From: Firmicutes bacterium UBA5435
GTDB taxonomy: Bacteria; Bacillota; UBA5435
Length of the DNA: 64,000 nucleotides
Assembly (NCBI GenBank): GCA_002426645.1
Contig: DIRN01000045.1
Location: 16,983 to 80,982, forward strand
Reading direction: 5' to 3'
Position numbers and translations under genes: made by a program
Notes under the pieces: generated by a model
What the model saw: the letters and a program-made list of their open reading frames with translations, nothing else
Databases searched by the model: none
Told to the model about the DNA's origin: nothing
Part shown: in pieces, positions 1-8,985 of the stretch
Layout of the letters: every line of letters begins with the position of its first letter
Position numbering within the stretch: the first letter of the stretch is position 1

Positions 1-173
1 TCTACATAGAGCCCCTTCTCCTTAACCAACTCTTTTATTCTTTCATATACTTTAAGCGAACCATTTGCTACACACCCTGTTCCAGCGCAAACTAGAACAC
101 GCATCTTCTCTTTGGAAAGGATATCAGCCATTGAACGCTGTATCTTTGATAATTCTTCAAATGTAACCTTCAT
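1..173 (-). CDS. NuoF-like flavoprotein subunit of a multimeric [FeFe]-hydrogenase, N-terminal fragment (runs off the window)
   Basis: Not in the ORF track. My minus-strand translation from the ATG at 171-173 is MKVTFEELSKIQRSMADILSKEKMRVLVCAGTGCVANGSLKVYERIKELVKEKGLYV, a thioredoxin-like Cys start typical of HydB/NuoF-type subunits. There is an ATGA overlap with the stop of the NuoE-like gene. Confidence 0.55.
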   Translation of the reverse strand, partial: MKVTFEELSKIQRSMADILSKEKMRVLVCAGTGCVANGSLKVYERIKELVKEKGLYV

Positions 174-685
174 ATCTTCGCAGCCTCCTTCTCCATTAAT
201 TCCTTGATGATTTCTCCTACTTTATCAGGGGTTAACTTTCCATAAACCTGATCATTTATCATCATTACCGGAGCCAAGCCGCATGCTCCAAGGCAGGAAA
301 CTGTCTCTAAAGTAAATAAGTGATCCCGAGTAGTCTTCTCATCACCCTTCAATTCCAGCACTTCTTCGATCTTCTTTAATATACTATTAGACCTTCGAAC
401 ATGACAAGCAGTACCATCACAGACCTTTATAACATACTTTCCCTTGGGCTCCATTGAAAACTGAGCATAAAAAGTTGCCACCCCAAAGACTGTGGCAGGA
501 GGTATATCCATAGTCGTAGCTATATATGTCAAGATTTCCTCTGGGAGATACCTATATTCAGCCTGAACCTCTTGAAGTATGGGGATGAGAGCATCTTGAG
601 CCTTGCTGTACTTTTCAAGGATTTTATTCACCTTTTCAAAACTTCTCCCACCTTCAATTACCATAACTTCTTTAGTAAGCGCCAT
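170..685 (-). CDS. NuoE-like [2Fe-2S] subunit (hydrogenase gamma / NADH dehydrogenase 24 kDa family)
   Basis: 171 aa. NuoE signature VCDGTACHV...CLGACGLAPVMMIN. SD GGAAGGGTGG lies upstream. Confidence 0.85.
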   Translation of the reverse strand: MALTKEVMVIEGGRSFEKVNKILEKYSKAQDALIPILQEVQAEYRYLPEEILTYIATTMDIPPATVFGVATFYAQFSMEPKGKYVIKVCDGTACHVRRSNSILKKIEEVLELKGDEKTTRDHLFTLETVSCLGACGLAPVMMINDQVYGKLTPDKVGEIIKELMEKEAAKI

Positions 686-720
686 ATCTTACCACCCTTC
701 CTCAATTCTTACAATTATAT

Positions 721-1869
721 TTAAAAATATTGAATCTTAACATCTTTGCCCCGTTCTTTTAAAAGACTCTCCATACCCTTGACTATTTGCAACTTCAAAG
801 CCATGTTCATAGGAAGGGATGGATTTTGATGGGCAGGATTTATGGCTCTCCCTACCAAAAAGGTTACTTTATCTGACGCAAGAAGTGCTTTTGCTAGTTG
901 CGTAGCCTCATCCTCCCCAATTAACTCTTGTTGAGAGCATACTCTCCTCATGCGCTCTAAGGCATGACTTATAGTTATAATTCCTTCCGTTACCAGATCA
1001 ATCCCTTGAATATAACCGCCTGGAGGTATCTTAGGATCTCTCTGCTTTATATCAACTTTTAGCTCCTTCCCCAACTCTCTAGATATAAGCATGCTTGTGG
1101 TCCCTCCGCACACGATCTTCTTACCCTTCTCTGACATAAGAAGTTCAGCTACTACAGGGTCATCTTCTCTGCGTTGCGGTGGTCCCACTAAGACTGTTGT
1201 TGAAAGAGACTCTCTTATCTTCATAACAACTACGCTCACGTCATCTCCAGGTTTCCCTGCATATAACTGATTGCTCACAGATGCAAGCCATTTTGCTAAA
1301 GAAGGAGCATCCCACTTTTCGTTAGATATCTTCTCTATATACTCAGCCACGTTCTCCCACTTCCATCCTAAATTTAAAATTCCTCCTACTCCTGAATGGA
1401 TTAGACCGTCACTCATGCTTATTAAGAAATCTCCATCCTTAAGATAAAGGTGTGCTTCTCTTATTTTCTTCCCCTCTACAAGTGATGTAGATGCAGGAAG
1501 AGTCACAATGCTTCCGTCCCTTAAAAGCATAGTCGGAGGATTATCAAATTCAGCTATATATGTACTACGATCATTAAAGACCTGTAATATAGTAAATGTA
1601 GAATATGCTAAATGGCGTACTTTACATGTAGGAAGTGTTCCCCCTATCGTCTCTACCACATCATTAAGGCTTGCTCCATTTACCAGCATTGTGATGGCGA
1701 TTTTAGTGGTAAGGGTTGAAAGGATATTAGCCTTAACCCCACTACCTAACCCATCAGAGAGAACAACTATAGTTGCATCCTCTGTACGTACCACTTCAAC
1801 CTTGTCACCACATAGCTCTTCTCCGCTCTTTGTGAGGGTAGCAATACCTATCTCTACATATACGCTCAT
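721..1869 (-). CDS. PP2C/SpoIIE-family serine phosphatase (HfsC-like)
   Basis: 382 aa. The N-terminal PP2C-like region contains GDKVEV...LSDGLGSGVKA...MSDGL...DDVSVVV. It sits immediately downstream of the sensory hydrogenase. Confidence 0.75.
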   Translation of the reverse strand: MSVYVEIGIATLTKSGEELCGDKVEVVRTEDATIVVLSDGLGSGVKANILSTLTTKIAITMLVNGASLNDVVETIGGTLPTCKVRHLAYSTFTILQVFNDRSTYIAEFDNPPTMLLRDGSIVTLPASTSLVEGKKIREAHLYLKDGDFLISMSDGLIHSGVGGILNLGWKWENVAEYIEKISNEKWDAPSLAKWLASVSNQLYAGKPGDDVSVVVMKIRESLSTTVLVGPPQRREDDPVVAELLMSEKGKKIVCGGTTSMLISRELGKELKVDIKQRDPKIPPGGYIQGIDLVTEGIITISHALERMRRVCSQQELIGEDEATQLAKALLASDKVTFLVGRAINPAHQNPSLPMNMALKLQIVKGMESLLKERGKDVKIQYF

Positions 1870-1873
1870 AGCA

Positions 1874-3655
1874 TTATCCCTCCTCAGCCTTTATCAACTG
1901 TACGAGTTTTGTGAGGAGTACCTTTGTCTCAGCAGTCGTTTCGCCTAATAGACCAGCGATCTCCTGAGCCACTCTCATCTGTTTATCTATGACTTGTTGT
2001 GCTTTTTCTGCAGTTTCCATCTTAACCCGAGTCAATTCTTCACGCTGACGTTCTTCTCTAGTGATATCAGTAAAGATCCCTATAAGCAAACCTTCTTTTG
2101 GAACTGGTACCACAAGAAGTGTCATTACAAGATCGCTTCCATTATATGTACCCTTACCAGATTGCGGGGTTCTATCTTCTACCGCCTTGACGAAGAGCTC
2201 ACAATCTATGAATTCTGACAGGTTTTCCCCTTTCATCTTATCCGGGTTCCACCTAAACATCTGTTCTATAGAAGAATTTATCTCAAGTATCTTAAATTTT
2301 CTATCAGTCACTATGATCCCATTAGGTATAGACTCTAGGACTAACGTAGAAAGTGATTCCGCCCTAGCACGCATATATGGAATGCACATCTCCACCTCTG
2401 CCATCCCTTGATAGACAGCAATAGCCTTCTCCCTACAACTGTTATAGCCGCATGCTCCACAGTTCAATTCATCACTACGAGTGAACTTACCAGTAGCAGC
2501 TAGTATTTTACGTATTTCCGCCTCATCTGGGAGAGGCAAAATAACGCGTTCATCCCTATAACGTTGAAAGAGCCAACCATCTCCTTCTGACTCTACTGCC
2601 TTTATTTGACTTTTCATATCATCAATAAATATATTTGGAAGAATTATAGCCCTATCTTCCCCACTGCTATACTCTAAGACCTTCCTACGACGGGTAAAGA
2701 GATCCCCGTTCCACTGAAATCCCGGCCCATTTATACAACCACCAGAACATCCTAACATCTCTACGACTCGAAGAGGATCATCTTCTTTTTCTATGTCTTC
2801 CTTTTTTACAAATTCCTTTAAAAACTCCACGCAAGAATCTATACCACTGATGATAAGGGTATCCTTTTCTAAAGAGTCTGTTCCAAATTGAGCAGTCTTT
2901 AAAAATCCTCCTTCCACTGGAAAGAGTCTTGCAAATCCAGAACTATCCTCTATAGCCTTTGAGTTACATTTAAAACTATCAAAAGCCTCGCAAGGGAGTT
3001 CTTCGGGAATAATACCCTTATCATCTAACCATTCTATAAGTTCTTCAAATGTGAGAACAGCATCAACGCTGTCACCCCACTCCATCTCTCCCTTTTTGGC
3101 CACACAAGGCCCAATAAATACTACCTTTAAATCTCTTCCCCAATATCTTTTAGCCATTCTCGCATGCGCAACCATAGGAGATACTATTGGAGAAAGATAG
3201 GGAATTGCTTCTGGATAATACTTCTTTATAAGATTGACCACAGCAGGGCAAGAACTAGATATAACTGGCTTTGAAGCAAACTTTTGTAATTGTTGTTCAG
3301 CCCTTGCCACTAGTTCTGCTCCAAGAGCAGTCTCTTGCACCTTACTAAATCCTAATCTTCTAAGAGCCGCTACTATTTTACCAGGCTCGCGATGATCAAA
3401 AGCTGCTACAAAAGACGGTGCAATACTCGCCATTAACTGCACTCCAGAACCTATCAAACTCTTTGCGGTATCCAAATCGTCCCTTATCTCTTTTGCTCCT
3501 TGAGGGCACACCTTAACGCATATACCATCTTGTATGCATTTTTCATCAACTACCTGCGCATGACCTTCAACGATCTTAATGGCCTTCATTGGACAGGAAC
3601 GAACACACTTATAACAGTCCCTACAATTTGCTCGATTCGTCGTTACTACGTTCAT
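1874..3655 (-). CDS. Sensory [FeFe]-hydrogenase-like protein with C-terminal Cys cluster and PAS domain (HydS/HfsB type)
   Basis: 593 aa. N-terminal 4Fe-4S ferredoxin motifs (CRDCYKCVRSCP, CIQDGICVKVCP). H-cluster-like motifs SSSCPAV, GPCVAKKGE and GCSGGCINGPG. Then CGACGYNSC and a PAS-like tail. Confidence 0.8.
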   Translation of the reverse strand: MNVVTTNRANCRDCYKCVRSCPMKAIKIVEGHAQVVDEKCIQDGICVKVCPQGAKEIRDDLDTAKSLIGSGVQLMASIAPSFVAAFDHREPGKIVAALRRLGFSKVQETALGAELVARAEQQLQKFASKPVISSSCPAVVNLIKKYYPEAIPYLSPIVSPMVAHARMAKRYWGRDLKVVFIGPCVAKKGEMEWGDSVDAVLTFEELIEWLDDKGIIPEELPCEAFDSFKCNSKAIEDSSGFARLFPVEGGFLKTAQFGTDSLEKDTLIISGIDSCVEFLKEFVKKEDIEKEDDPLRVVEMLGCSGGCINGPGFQWNGDLFTRRRKVLEYSSGEDRAIILPNIFIDDMKSQIKAVESEGDGWLFQRYRDERVILPLPDEAEIRKILAATGKFTRSDELNCGACGYNSCREKAIAVYQGMAEVEMCIPYMRARAESLSTLVLESIPNGIIVTDRKFKILEINSSIEQMFRWNPDKMKGENLSEFIDCELFVKAVEDRTPQSGKGTYNGSDLVMTLLVVPVPKEGLLIGIFTDITREERQREELTRVKMETAEKAQQVIDKQMRVAQEIAGLLGETTAETKVLLTKLVQLIKAEEG

Positions 3656-3911
3656 GCATGTTCCCCCTAATCATAGGCAAGATTCTCTCTTTAAAGAGAG
3701 ATGGAACATCTTTCGATGCTATACCGCTAACTACTTCCTCGTTGATTTTAATTGTTACCCCGTGAGTGCAATGATTGAGGCAAAAGGCACCTTTAAGCTC
3801 AATCTCTCCTTCTAACGCAGCCTTATGGATAACCTCTTCAAAAGCGTTTATAACATCGTACGCTCCTTTAAGGTAGCAAGAACTTCCTAGGCATACAAAG
3901 ATGGTTATCAT
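3621..3911 (-). CDS. Small thioredoxin-like [2Fe-2S] ferredoxin (HfsA-like)
   Basis: 96 aa with CLGSSCYLKG...CLNHCTHG. SD AGGAGG is present. The 3' end overlaps the next gene. Confidence 0.6.
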   Translation of the reverse strand: MITIFVCLGSSCYLKGAYDVINAFEEVIHKAALEGEIELKGAFCLNHCTHGVTIKINEEVVSGIASKDVPSLFKERILPMIRGNMHERSNDESSKL

Positions 3912-4117
3912 ACCTTCGCCTCCTAGAGTTATATTCCCTCTCTAATGTATTTGTGAAATTTTTCACCAACTCTTCGCTAACATTATACCACGAGGTTATA
4001 CAAAGTTCAATAGTATTCGTGATAATTTTCACAAATGCTATTAAGAATTATTTCTCATAACAATAAATAGGCGCGTATCGTTGAGGTAACTCTACAATAC
4101 TCGCCTATTCATAATCT

Positions 4118-5962
4118 CTAACTATAAAATCTTTCAATTAACTGGATAGCCATTTCATACCTTCCAAACGGTGGCATTAAATAAGCGCCTTCAACTAGCC
4201 CTTCAGCTTCTTTCATAAACTCAAAAGCTATGTCAACGCCCAGGTTAGCTGCTTTATCTGGATCTACTCGCTGCATTTTCTCCCGTACTTTAAGGGGTAT
4301 AGATATCCCCGGTACCTCATTATGCAAAAATTCAGCATGTTTAGAGCTTCTCAATGGTAATATCCCAACCAAAACAGGGATATCCATTCCTTTTATGCTT
4401 TCCATAAATTGCTCCAAAACCTTAATATCATATATAGGCTGTGTCTGAATAAAATGCGCACCTGCTTTAACTTTTCCTCTCAGCCTAGATAGCTCTTTTT
4501 CAAGGTTCTCAGCTCCTGGATTTGCAGCTACACCTATACAAAAATTAGTCTTTTGATTTAAAGCATTACCTGCAAGATCAAATCCTGAATTCATTTTTGC
4601 CAATATATGAACAAGACCCTCTGAGTTAACGTCAAAGACGGGCTTTGCGTTGGGATGGTCCCCTATTGTTGGAGGATCTCCAGTGAGTGCAAGAACATTA
4701 TTAATCCCAAGAGCACTTGCTCCTAACAGTTCAGACTGAATGCCTAAAAGGTTTCTATCCCGACATGTAAAGTGAAGTATGGATTCAACTTCGAGTTGCT
4801 CCTTTAAGATATGAGCAATAGCGACTGGACTAAGTCTCACACGCGCCATAGGAGAATCAGAGATGTTTATACCATCTACACCTACACTTTTTAAGGCTTT
4901 AACGCCTGAGAATACTTTCCCTAGATCCGTACCTTTAGGTGGATCAATTTCAACAGTTATTACGAATTTTTCCTTTAGTTTATTGCTAAACTGAGATTCT
5001 TCTTTAAAGATACTATCTGCACTAGTACGCAATTCATATTCAATTACCTCAATTTGCTCCTTCTGTGTCTGGGTGGTATGGGAATCCATCAGCCCTTCAC
5101 AAATTGCACTTATATGGATAGGAGTAGTCCCACAGCAACCACCAAGAATATTAGCGCCTGCTTCTATGAAGAGAGGAACACTTTTCCTAAAGTACTCTGG
5201 GGATGAAGTATAAACTGTCCTTCCATCTACTATCTTAGGAAGACCAGCGTTAGGTTGTACTGATACCTTAAGATCACGGACGCTCTTCATCTCACGCACT
5301 ACTTCTATAAGGGGTACGATACCCCCTCCACAGTTAGCACCTACAACATCTGCTCCTGCTTCACTTAAAGCATACGCAGCAGTCTGTGCATCTACACCCA
5401 TGAAAGTCTTTCCATCTTGTGAAAATGCCATTTGAGATATTACAGGGATGTTTTTATCTATCTCCTTTGCTGCTTTAAGAGCAAGAAGTGCCTCTTCAAG
5501 GTCTGACATGGTCTCAATAATGAGAAGGTCAACACCTGCTGAAAATAAATAACTTATTTGCTCAAGAAAAGCTTCATAACATTCAGCCTTTGAAAAAACC
5601 CCGTAAGGCTCAAGTATCTTCCCGGTAGGCCCCACAGCCCCTGCAACGTACACGTCTTTACCTGCAGCCTGACGTGCTAGGTCTACTGCAGCTATATTGA
5701 TGTCTTTTACATGATCTTCAAGGCCATACATACTAAGCTTAACACGATTGGCACCAAAAGTATTAGTTTCAATTATATCTGCGCCGCTTTTAACATATGC
5801 CTTATGAATATCAAGCACTATATCGGGATTATGTATATTTGCCCCCTCGCAGCACATACCAATCTCAAGCCCACGTTCGAATAACATAGTACCCATGGCA
5901 CCATCGCATACTAATATCTTTTCCTCTAAAAGCTCAATAACTGATTTTCTCTTCTCCCTCAC
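4118..5962 (-). CDS. yitJ: Bifunctional homocysteine S-methyltransferase / 5,10-methylenetetrahydrofolate reductase (YitJ-like)
   Basis: 614 aa. The N-terminal half is Hcy-methyltransferase-like (GAMGT...GGCCGTTP) and the C-terminal half is MetF-like. GTG start with SD GAGGGG. Confidence 0.8.
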   Translation of the reverse strand: MREKRKSVIELLEEKILVCDGAMGTMLFERGLEIGMCCEGANIHNPDIVLDIHKAYVKSGADIIETNTFGANRVKLSMYGLEDHVKDINIAAVDLARQAAGKDVYVAGAVGPTGKILEPYGVFSKAECYEAFLEQISYLFSAGVDLLIIETMSDLEEALLALKAAKEIDKNIPVISQMAFSQDGKTFMGVDAQTAAYALSEAGADVVGANCGGGIVPLIEVVREMKSVRDLKVSVQPNAGLPKIVDGRTVYTSSPEYFRKSVPLFIEAGANILGGCCGTTPIHISAICEGLMDSHTTQTQKEQIEVIEYELRTSADSIFKEESQFSNKLKEKFVITVEIDPPKGTDLGKVFSGVKALKSVGVDGINISDSPMARVRLSPVAIAHILKEQLEVESILHFTCRDRNLLGIQSELLGASALGINNVLALTGDPPTIGDHPNAKPVFDVNSEGLVHILAKMNSGFDLAGNALNQKTNFCIGVAANPGAENLEKELSRLRGKVKAGAHFIQTQPIYDIKVLEQFMESIKGMDIPVLVGILPLRSSKHAEFLHNEVPGISIPLKVREKMQRVDPDKAANLGVDIAFEFMKEAEGLVEGAYLMPPFGRYEMAIQLIERFYS

Positions 5963-6040
5963 AGTTACCCCTCATCTCTGTTAAAGAATTTTAGCTTGTC
6001 TTAAAAACATGGGGATTCCCGGGATACCTGCACACGCCTT

Positions 6041-6069
6041 ATTATATAATATATATAATATAATAGCAA
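6041..6069 (-). promoter_or_regulatory. Candidate sigma-A promoter for the yitJ-like gene (TTGCTA-N17-TATAAT)
   Basis: Read on the minus strand: -35 at 6064-6069, -10 at 6041-6046. The region is very AT-rich, so chance matches are likely. Confidence 0.35.
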
Positions 6070-6182
6070 CATTGATACGAGCCTTTTACGACTTTGTTTT
6101 TATATTTTTCACTCTCTTGCAGGAAAACTCGTACTCTATAGTGAATTATCAACTATATATCATAAAGAAGGAGGAACGCGTA

Positions 6183-7067
6183 GTGATAGATATCTCCTCT
6201 GAAGAAGATTTCGCTGGCATCCTTGAATCCCTTCAAGCAAAGGGCCTTCATCTGGTTTCAGAGCCTTTGCCTCTCTTCATTGGCGGCGTACAAATTAATC
6301 TCTTTCATGAGAATTCCACTCTTCCAGCGCTCTTTCATCCATCATTCCTATGTGGGAATTATATTGTTGAACCCAAGGAATGTAATATTTATTTAAATGA
6401 GAGAAGATTTAATATTGAACCCCAACTCTGTAATAGGGAAGCCTACCCAGTACGTAAAGGGGAATCAATCATGGCATCTGATATATATATTTCCTTATCA
6501 GATTATAAGAGGAAAAAGTGCACAGCTATGGTACTAGAGAATCTACCAGCAGATGATCTATTGACTATAGTGAGATGGTTGATGCCACCATTCCTCATAG
6601 ACTTTCAGATACTCCCTATACATGCCTCAGGAATAATCCATAAAGAGAAAGGTATCTTATTTATCGGTCACTCTGGAGCTGGTAAATCCACTGTGGCCAG
6701 GCTCTCAACCCCCCGCAAAGTCCTTAGTGATGAATGCGTACTCATAAAGAAAGATGGGGATGCCTTCACCGCATATGGTACTCCCTTTGGTCGAGAGGAT
6801 AAAGGCGAGAATATCCATGCCCCTCTTTATGCTATTATGGATCTAAAAAAAGATTCCCGCGACTACCTAAGACCCCTCCCCTTCCATGCAAGGTTAAACC
6901 TTATTATGAAACACCTTTGGACCTCTACAATACCTAAAGCAAACCTCAAGCTTCTATTGAATCTTGCTGTAGATATAGCAAGAGTAACGCCAGCATATGA
7001 ATTGCACTTTAAGAAAGAAAGCACATTCTGGAACGTAATCGATGAGCAGATCTTCAGCCATATCTAA
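6183..7067 (+). CDS. HPr-kinase-C-terminal-domain-like P-loop protein (RiPP-associated kinase candidate)
   Basis: Walker-A-like GHSGAGKST followed by LSDECVLI, as in the HprK C-domain. I moved the start to the GTG at 6183, 8 nt after GGAGG at 6170-6174. The track ORF starts at 6009. Confidence 0.65.
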   Translation: MIDISSEEDFAGILESLQAKGLHLVSEPLPLFIGGVQINLFHENSTLPALFHPSFLCGNYIVEPKECNIYLNERRFNIEPQLCNREAYPVRKGESIMASDIYISLSDYKRKKCTAMVLENLPADDLLTIVRWLMPPFLIDFQILPIHASGIIHKEKGILFIGHSGAGKSTVARLSTPRKVLSDECVLIKKDGDAFTAYGTPFGREDKGENIHAPLYAIMDLKKDSRDYLRPLPFHARLNLIMKHLWTSTIPKANLKLLLNLAVDIARVTPAYELHFKKESTFWNVIDEQIFSHI

Positions 7068-7088
7068 TTAGAATAGGAGTGATATAAG

Positions 7089-7400
7089 ATGGAATACAAA
7101 AGAAGGATTCTTAAGAAAAAACCTGATCTTATCTATCGAGTTGTAGATGAAGAGACTATACTCCTTGACCCTGAAAGCGGGTACATGCATCTTCTCAATT
7201 CAACGGGCAAAGAAATATGGGAGCTAATAGATGAAGTAGGTAAGGATTTCGATGATATCCTCGCTGCTATGGTCGATGAATATGGCCACACAATAGATTT
7301 AGATGTGCTCAAAGACGATCTTGAAGAATTTATAGATACACTTTTAGAACACGGAGTAATTATAGAAGAAGGTAAGTCAGCTCATACCAAGGAAGAATAG
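7089..7400 (+). CDS. PqqD-family protein (RiPP recognition element-like)
   Basis: 103 aa. YRVVDEETILLDPESGYMHLLNSTGKEIWELID is the typical PqqD pattern. Confidence 0.8.
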   Translation: MEYKRRILKKKPDLIYRVVDEETILLDPESGYMHLLNSTGKEIWELIDEVGKDFDDILAAMVDEYGHTIDLDVLKDDLEEFIDTLLEHGVIIEEGKSAHTKEE

Positions 7401-7407
7401 ACCTTTT

Positions 7408-7437
7408 AAATAAGTGGACAGATCTGTCCACTTATTT
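7408..7437. terminator. Bidirectional intrinsic terminator between convergent genes
   Basis: Perfect 13-bp inverted repeat AAATAAGTGGACA-gatc-TGTCCACTTATTT, with A/T runs on both sides. Confidence 0.7.
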
Positions 7438-7439
7438 AA

Positions 7440-7790
7440 TCAATCTCGGGTAATCTCAGACACCTTTCCGATTACGCGGTCAAAGAGTACAGGAGGGTCT
7501 GTATAAGGAGAATTATCTCCTTTAGTTATAACATAAAGTGCACCATCTCTAGTCCCTACTTTTATCACACGATGAATTATGATCAACTCTCCGCTCATCC
7601 AAAGAGCTACAATATCCCCTTCTTTAAGTCCTGAAGCTGGAACTATCCTTACAAAATATTCTGAAGGTATAACTGGCTCCATACTAGACCCTTTACCCTG
7701 TAACCTAACTTTTTGGCCGCATACTATTGCTTCTTTCATTAACTTTACAGCTATACTTATAGCTTCTTTTAGAAAAGGGGTGTCCGCCAT
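7440..7790 (-). CDS. S26/S24-family signal-peptidase-like serine peptidase
   Basis: 116 aa. GSSMEPVIP (catalytic Ser context), GDIVAL and IIHRVIKV. SD GAGGGTGA. Confidence 0.65.
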   Translation of the reverse strand: MADTPFLKEAISIAVKLMKEAIVCGQKVRLQGKGSSMEPVIPSEYFVRIVPASGLKEGDIVALWMSGELIIIHRVIKVGTRDGALYVITKGDNSPYTDPPVLFDRVIGKVSEITRD

Positions 7791-7796
7791 TATAGA

Positions 7797-7898
7797 TCAC
7801 CCTCTGCATATATTCCAATACCATCCCACACTTTCAGTATTACATATAGCTAATGGTCCAGTCTCTAAGCCAGGTTTAAAGATTCTCTCTGACCGCAT
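7797..7898 (-). CDS. Candidate 33-aa precursor peptide MRSERIFKPGLETGPLAICNTESVGWYWNICRG
   Basis: Below the ORF-track cutoff, found by hand. It is the only substantial ORF in the rSAM-peptidase gap and has two Cys in its C-terminal half. The SD is weak (the nearest AAGGAG is 24 nt upstream). Confidence 0.25.
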   Translation of the reverse strand: MRSERIFKPGLETGPLAICNTESVGWYWNICRG

Positions 7899-7932
7899 CT
7901 CAGGCTTTACATACTTGCGCGGCTCCTTCTTC

Positions 7933-8985
7933 TCAGTCCTTCTTTGAACCTTTTGAGACATCCTCTTCCCTCCTTTCTCTTAGCATATTATAAGCAGCTC
8001 TGCGATTTGCTGCGATCCTACAATGTTCCTGAGAAGGTTTCACTATGGAACCTGTTTCTAATATGTTCATCACAAGGCATGGCGTACAAAACTCATTATG
8101 CTCACAGGCTATGCACTCATAAAAGTCCTCATCGCGAAGCGCTCTCAATGATCTGAGTATATGTGAGCCTCGCCACGTTTCAGCAATAGAACCAGATAAT
8201 ATATTTCCTATAGTTTGTGGAAAACCTATACAAGGGCGGAGAGAACCTTCAGGCCCAATTACCAATCCTTTCTTTCCAATTGAGCACTTACTTAAGGGTT
8301 GCGGATAAAACCCTTGTAACCCCTCTGCTAAAAATATGTTTACCATCTCTTCATCTGTCAACCGATGCATATTAGCGCCATCAGCCTTAAGTAGAAGCTG
8401 TGGATCAAACCTGACTCTAATAGGGAACCCTATCGATTCTGCATATCTTAAAGTCTCCTCATATGCTTTAGCTGTCTCTCGCATTGTAACTACTTTAAGG
8501 AAGACGCTTACATCCCTCTCTTTCAAAAGTCTCAGCCCTCGCGCAAAGGCTTCAAATGCACCGCTACGACCCGTTGCAAGATCATAAACCCCCTTAGAGC
8601 CTCCATACACGCTAACTTCAACCTCTAGAGGCATGAGCGATGCTATCTTATTTGCATTAACCTCATCTATGCAAGTGGCATTGGTAAATAAACTTAAGTA
8701 AAGATTCTCCTCCTTTGCAGCGCAAGCAATTTCATACCAGTCATATCGCATAAGGGGTTCGCCACCTGATAGAGTAACCTTTAAGACTCCCATGTCATGT
8801 AACTGCCTAAAGACATCTTTCAGAGAGGATACGCTTAAGTTATTTCTTGTTCTCTCTCTAACATATGATGGGACATAGCAATGAAGACACCTCAGGTTAC
8901 ATATATGTGTAAGTTCAATAAGAACTCCATGTGGAATAGATTGAGAATCATATAGTTCTATGACGTATTTCAATAATCTGCTCAT
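7933..8985 (-). CDS. Radical SAM protein with SPASM-type C-terminal domain
   Basis: 350 aa. CNLRCLHCY (CxxxCxxC). C-terminal PCIGFPQTIGN...CIACEHNEFCTPC...HC cluster. Confidence 0.85.
   Translation of the reverse strand: MSRLLKYVIELYDSQSIPHGVLIELTHICNLRCLHCYVPSYVRERTRNNLSVSSLKDVFRQLHDMGVLKVTLSGGEPLMRYDWYEIACAAKEENLYLSLFTNATCIDEVNANKIASLMPLEVEVSVYGGSKGVYDLATGRSGAFEAFARGLRLLKERDVSVFLKVVTMRETAKAYEETLRYAESIGFPIRVRFDPQLLLKADGANMHRLTDEEMVNIFLAEGLQGFYPQPLSKCSIGKKGLVIGPEGSLRPCIGFPQTIGNILSGSIAETWRGSHILRSLRALRDEDFYECIACEHNEFCTPCLVMNILETGSIVKPSQEHCRIAANRRAAYNMLRERREEDVSKGSKKD

Noticed and set aside
1508-1948. 146-aa plus-strand ORF. Similar antisense ORFs include 1994-2218, 2061-2411, 4230-4448, 7579-7947, 7944-8156, 8336-8587, 10918-11214, 12575-12805, 12840-13265, 13860-14123, 15134-15412, 17813-18181, 22066-22752, 38301-39632, 42593-43006 and 47893-48423.
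   Set aside because: All lie antisense within well-supported minus-strand genes. Their products are low-complexity, Ser/Pro/Leu-rich translations typical of the reverse frame of AT-rich coding DNA, and they have no SD.
4066-4109. Hairpin AATAGGCG...CGCCTATT downstream of the yitJ-like gene as a terminator.
   Set aside because: The stem is 8 bp with a 28-nt loop and the U-tract is poor. This is too weak to call.
5963-6040. Expected SAM (S-box) riboswitch upstream of the methionine-pathway yitJ-like gene.
   Set aside because: The ~80-nt leader shows none of the S-box conserved blocks by eye and is too short for a SAM-I aptamer. Only a candidate promoter is reported.
6009-6182. N-terminal 58 codons of the track ORF for the HPr-kinase-like gene.
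   Set aside because: The stretch is an AT-rich promoter-like sequence (tatataatatatataata) and translates to low-complexity residues. A GTG with an ideally spaced GGAGG at 6183 is a better start.
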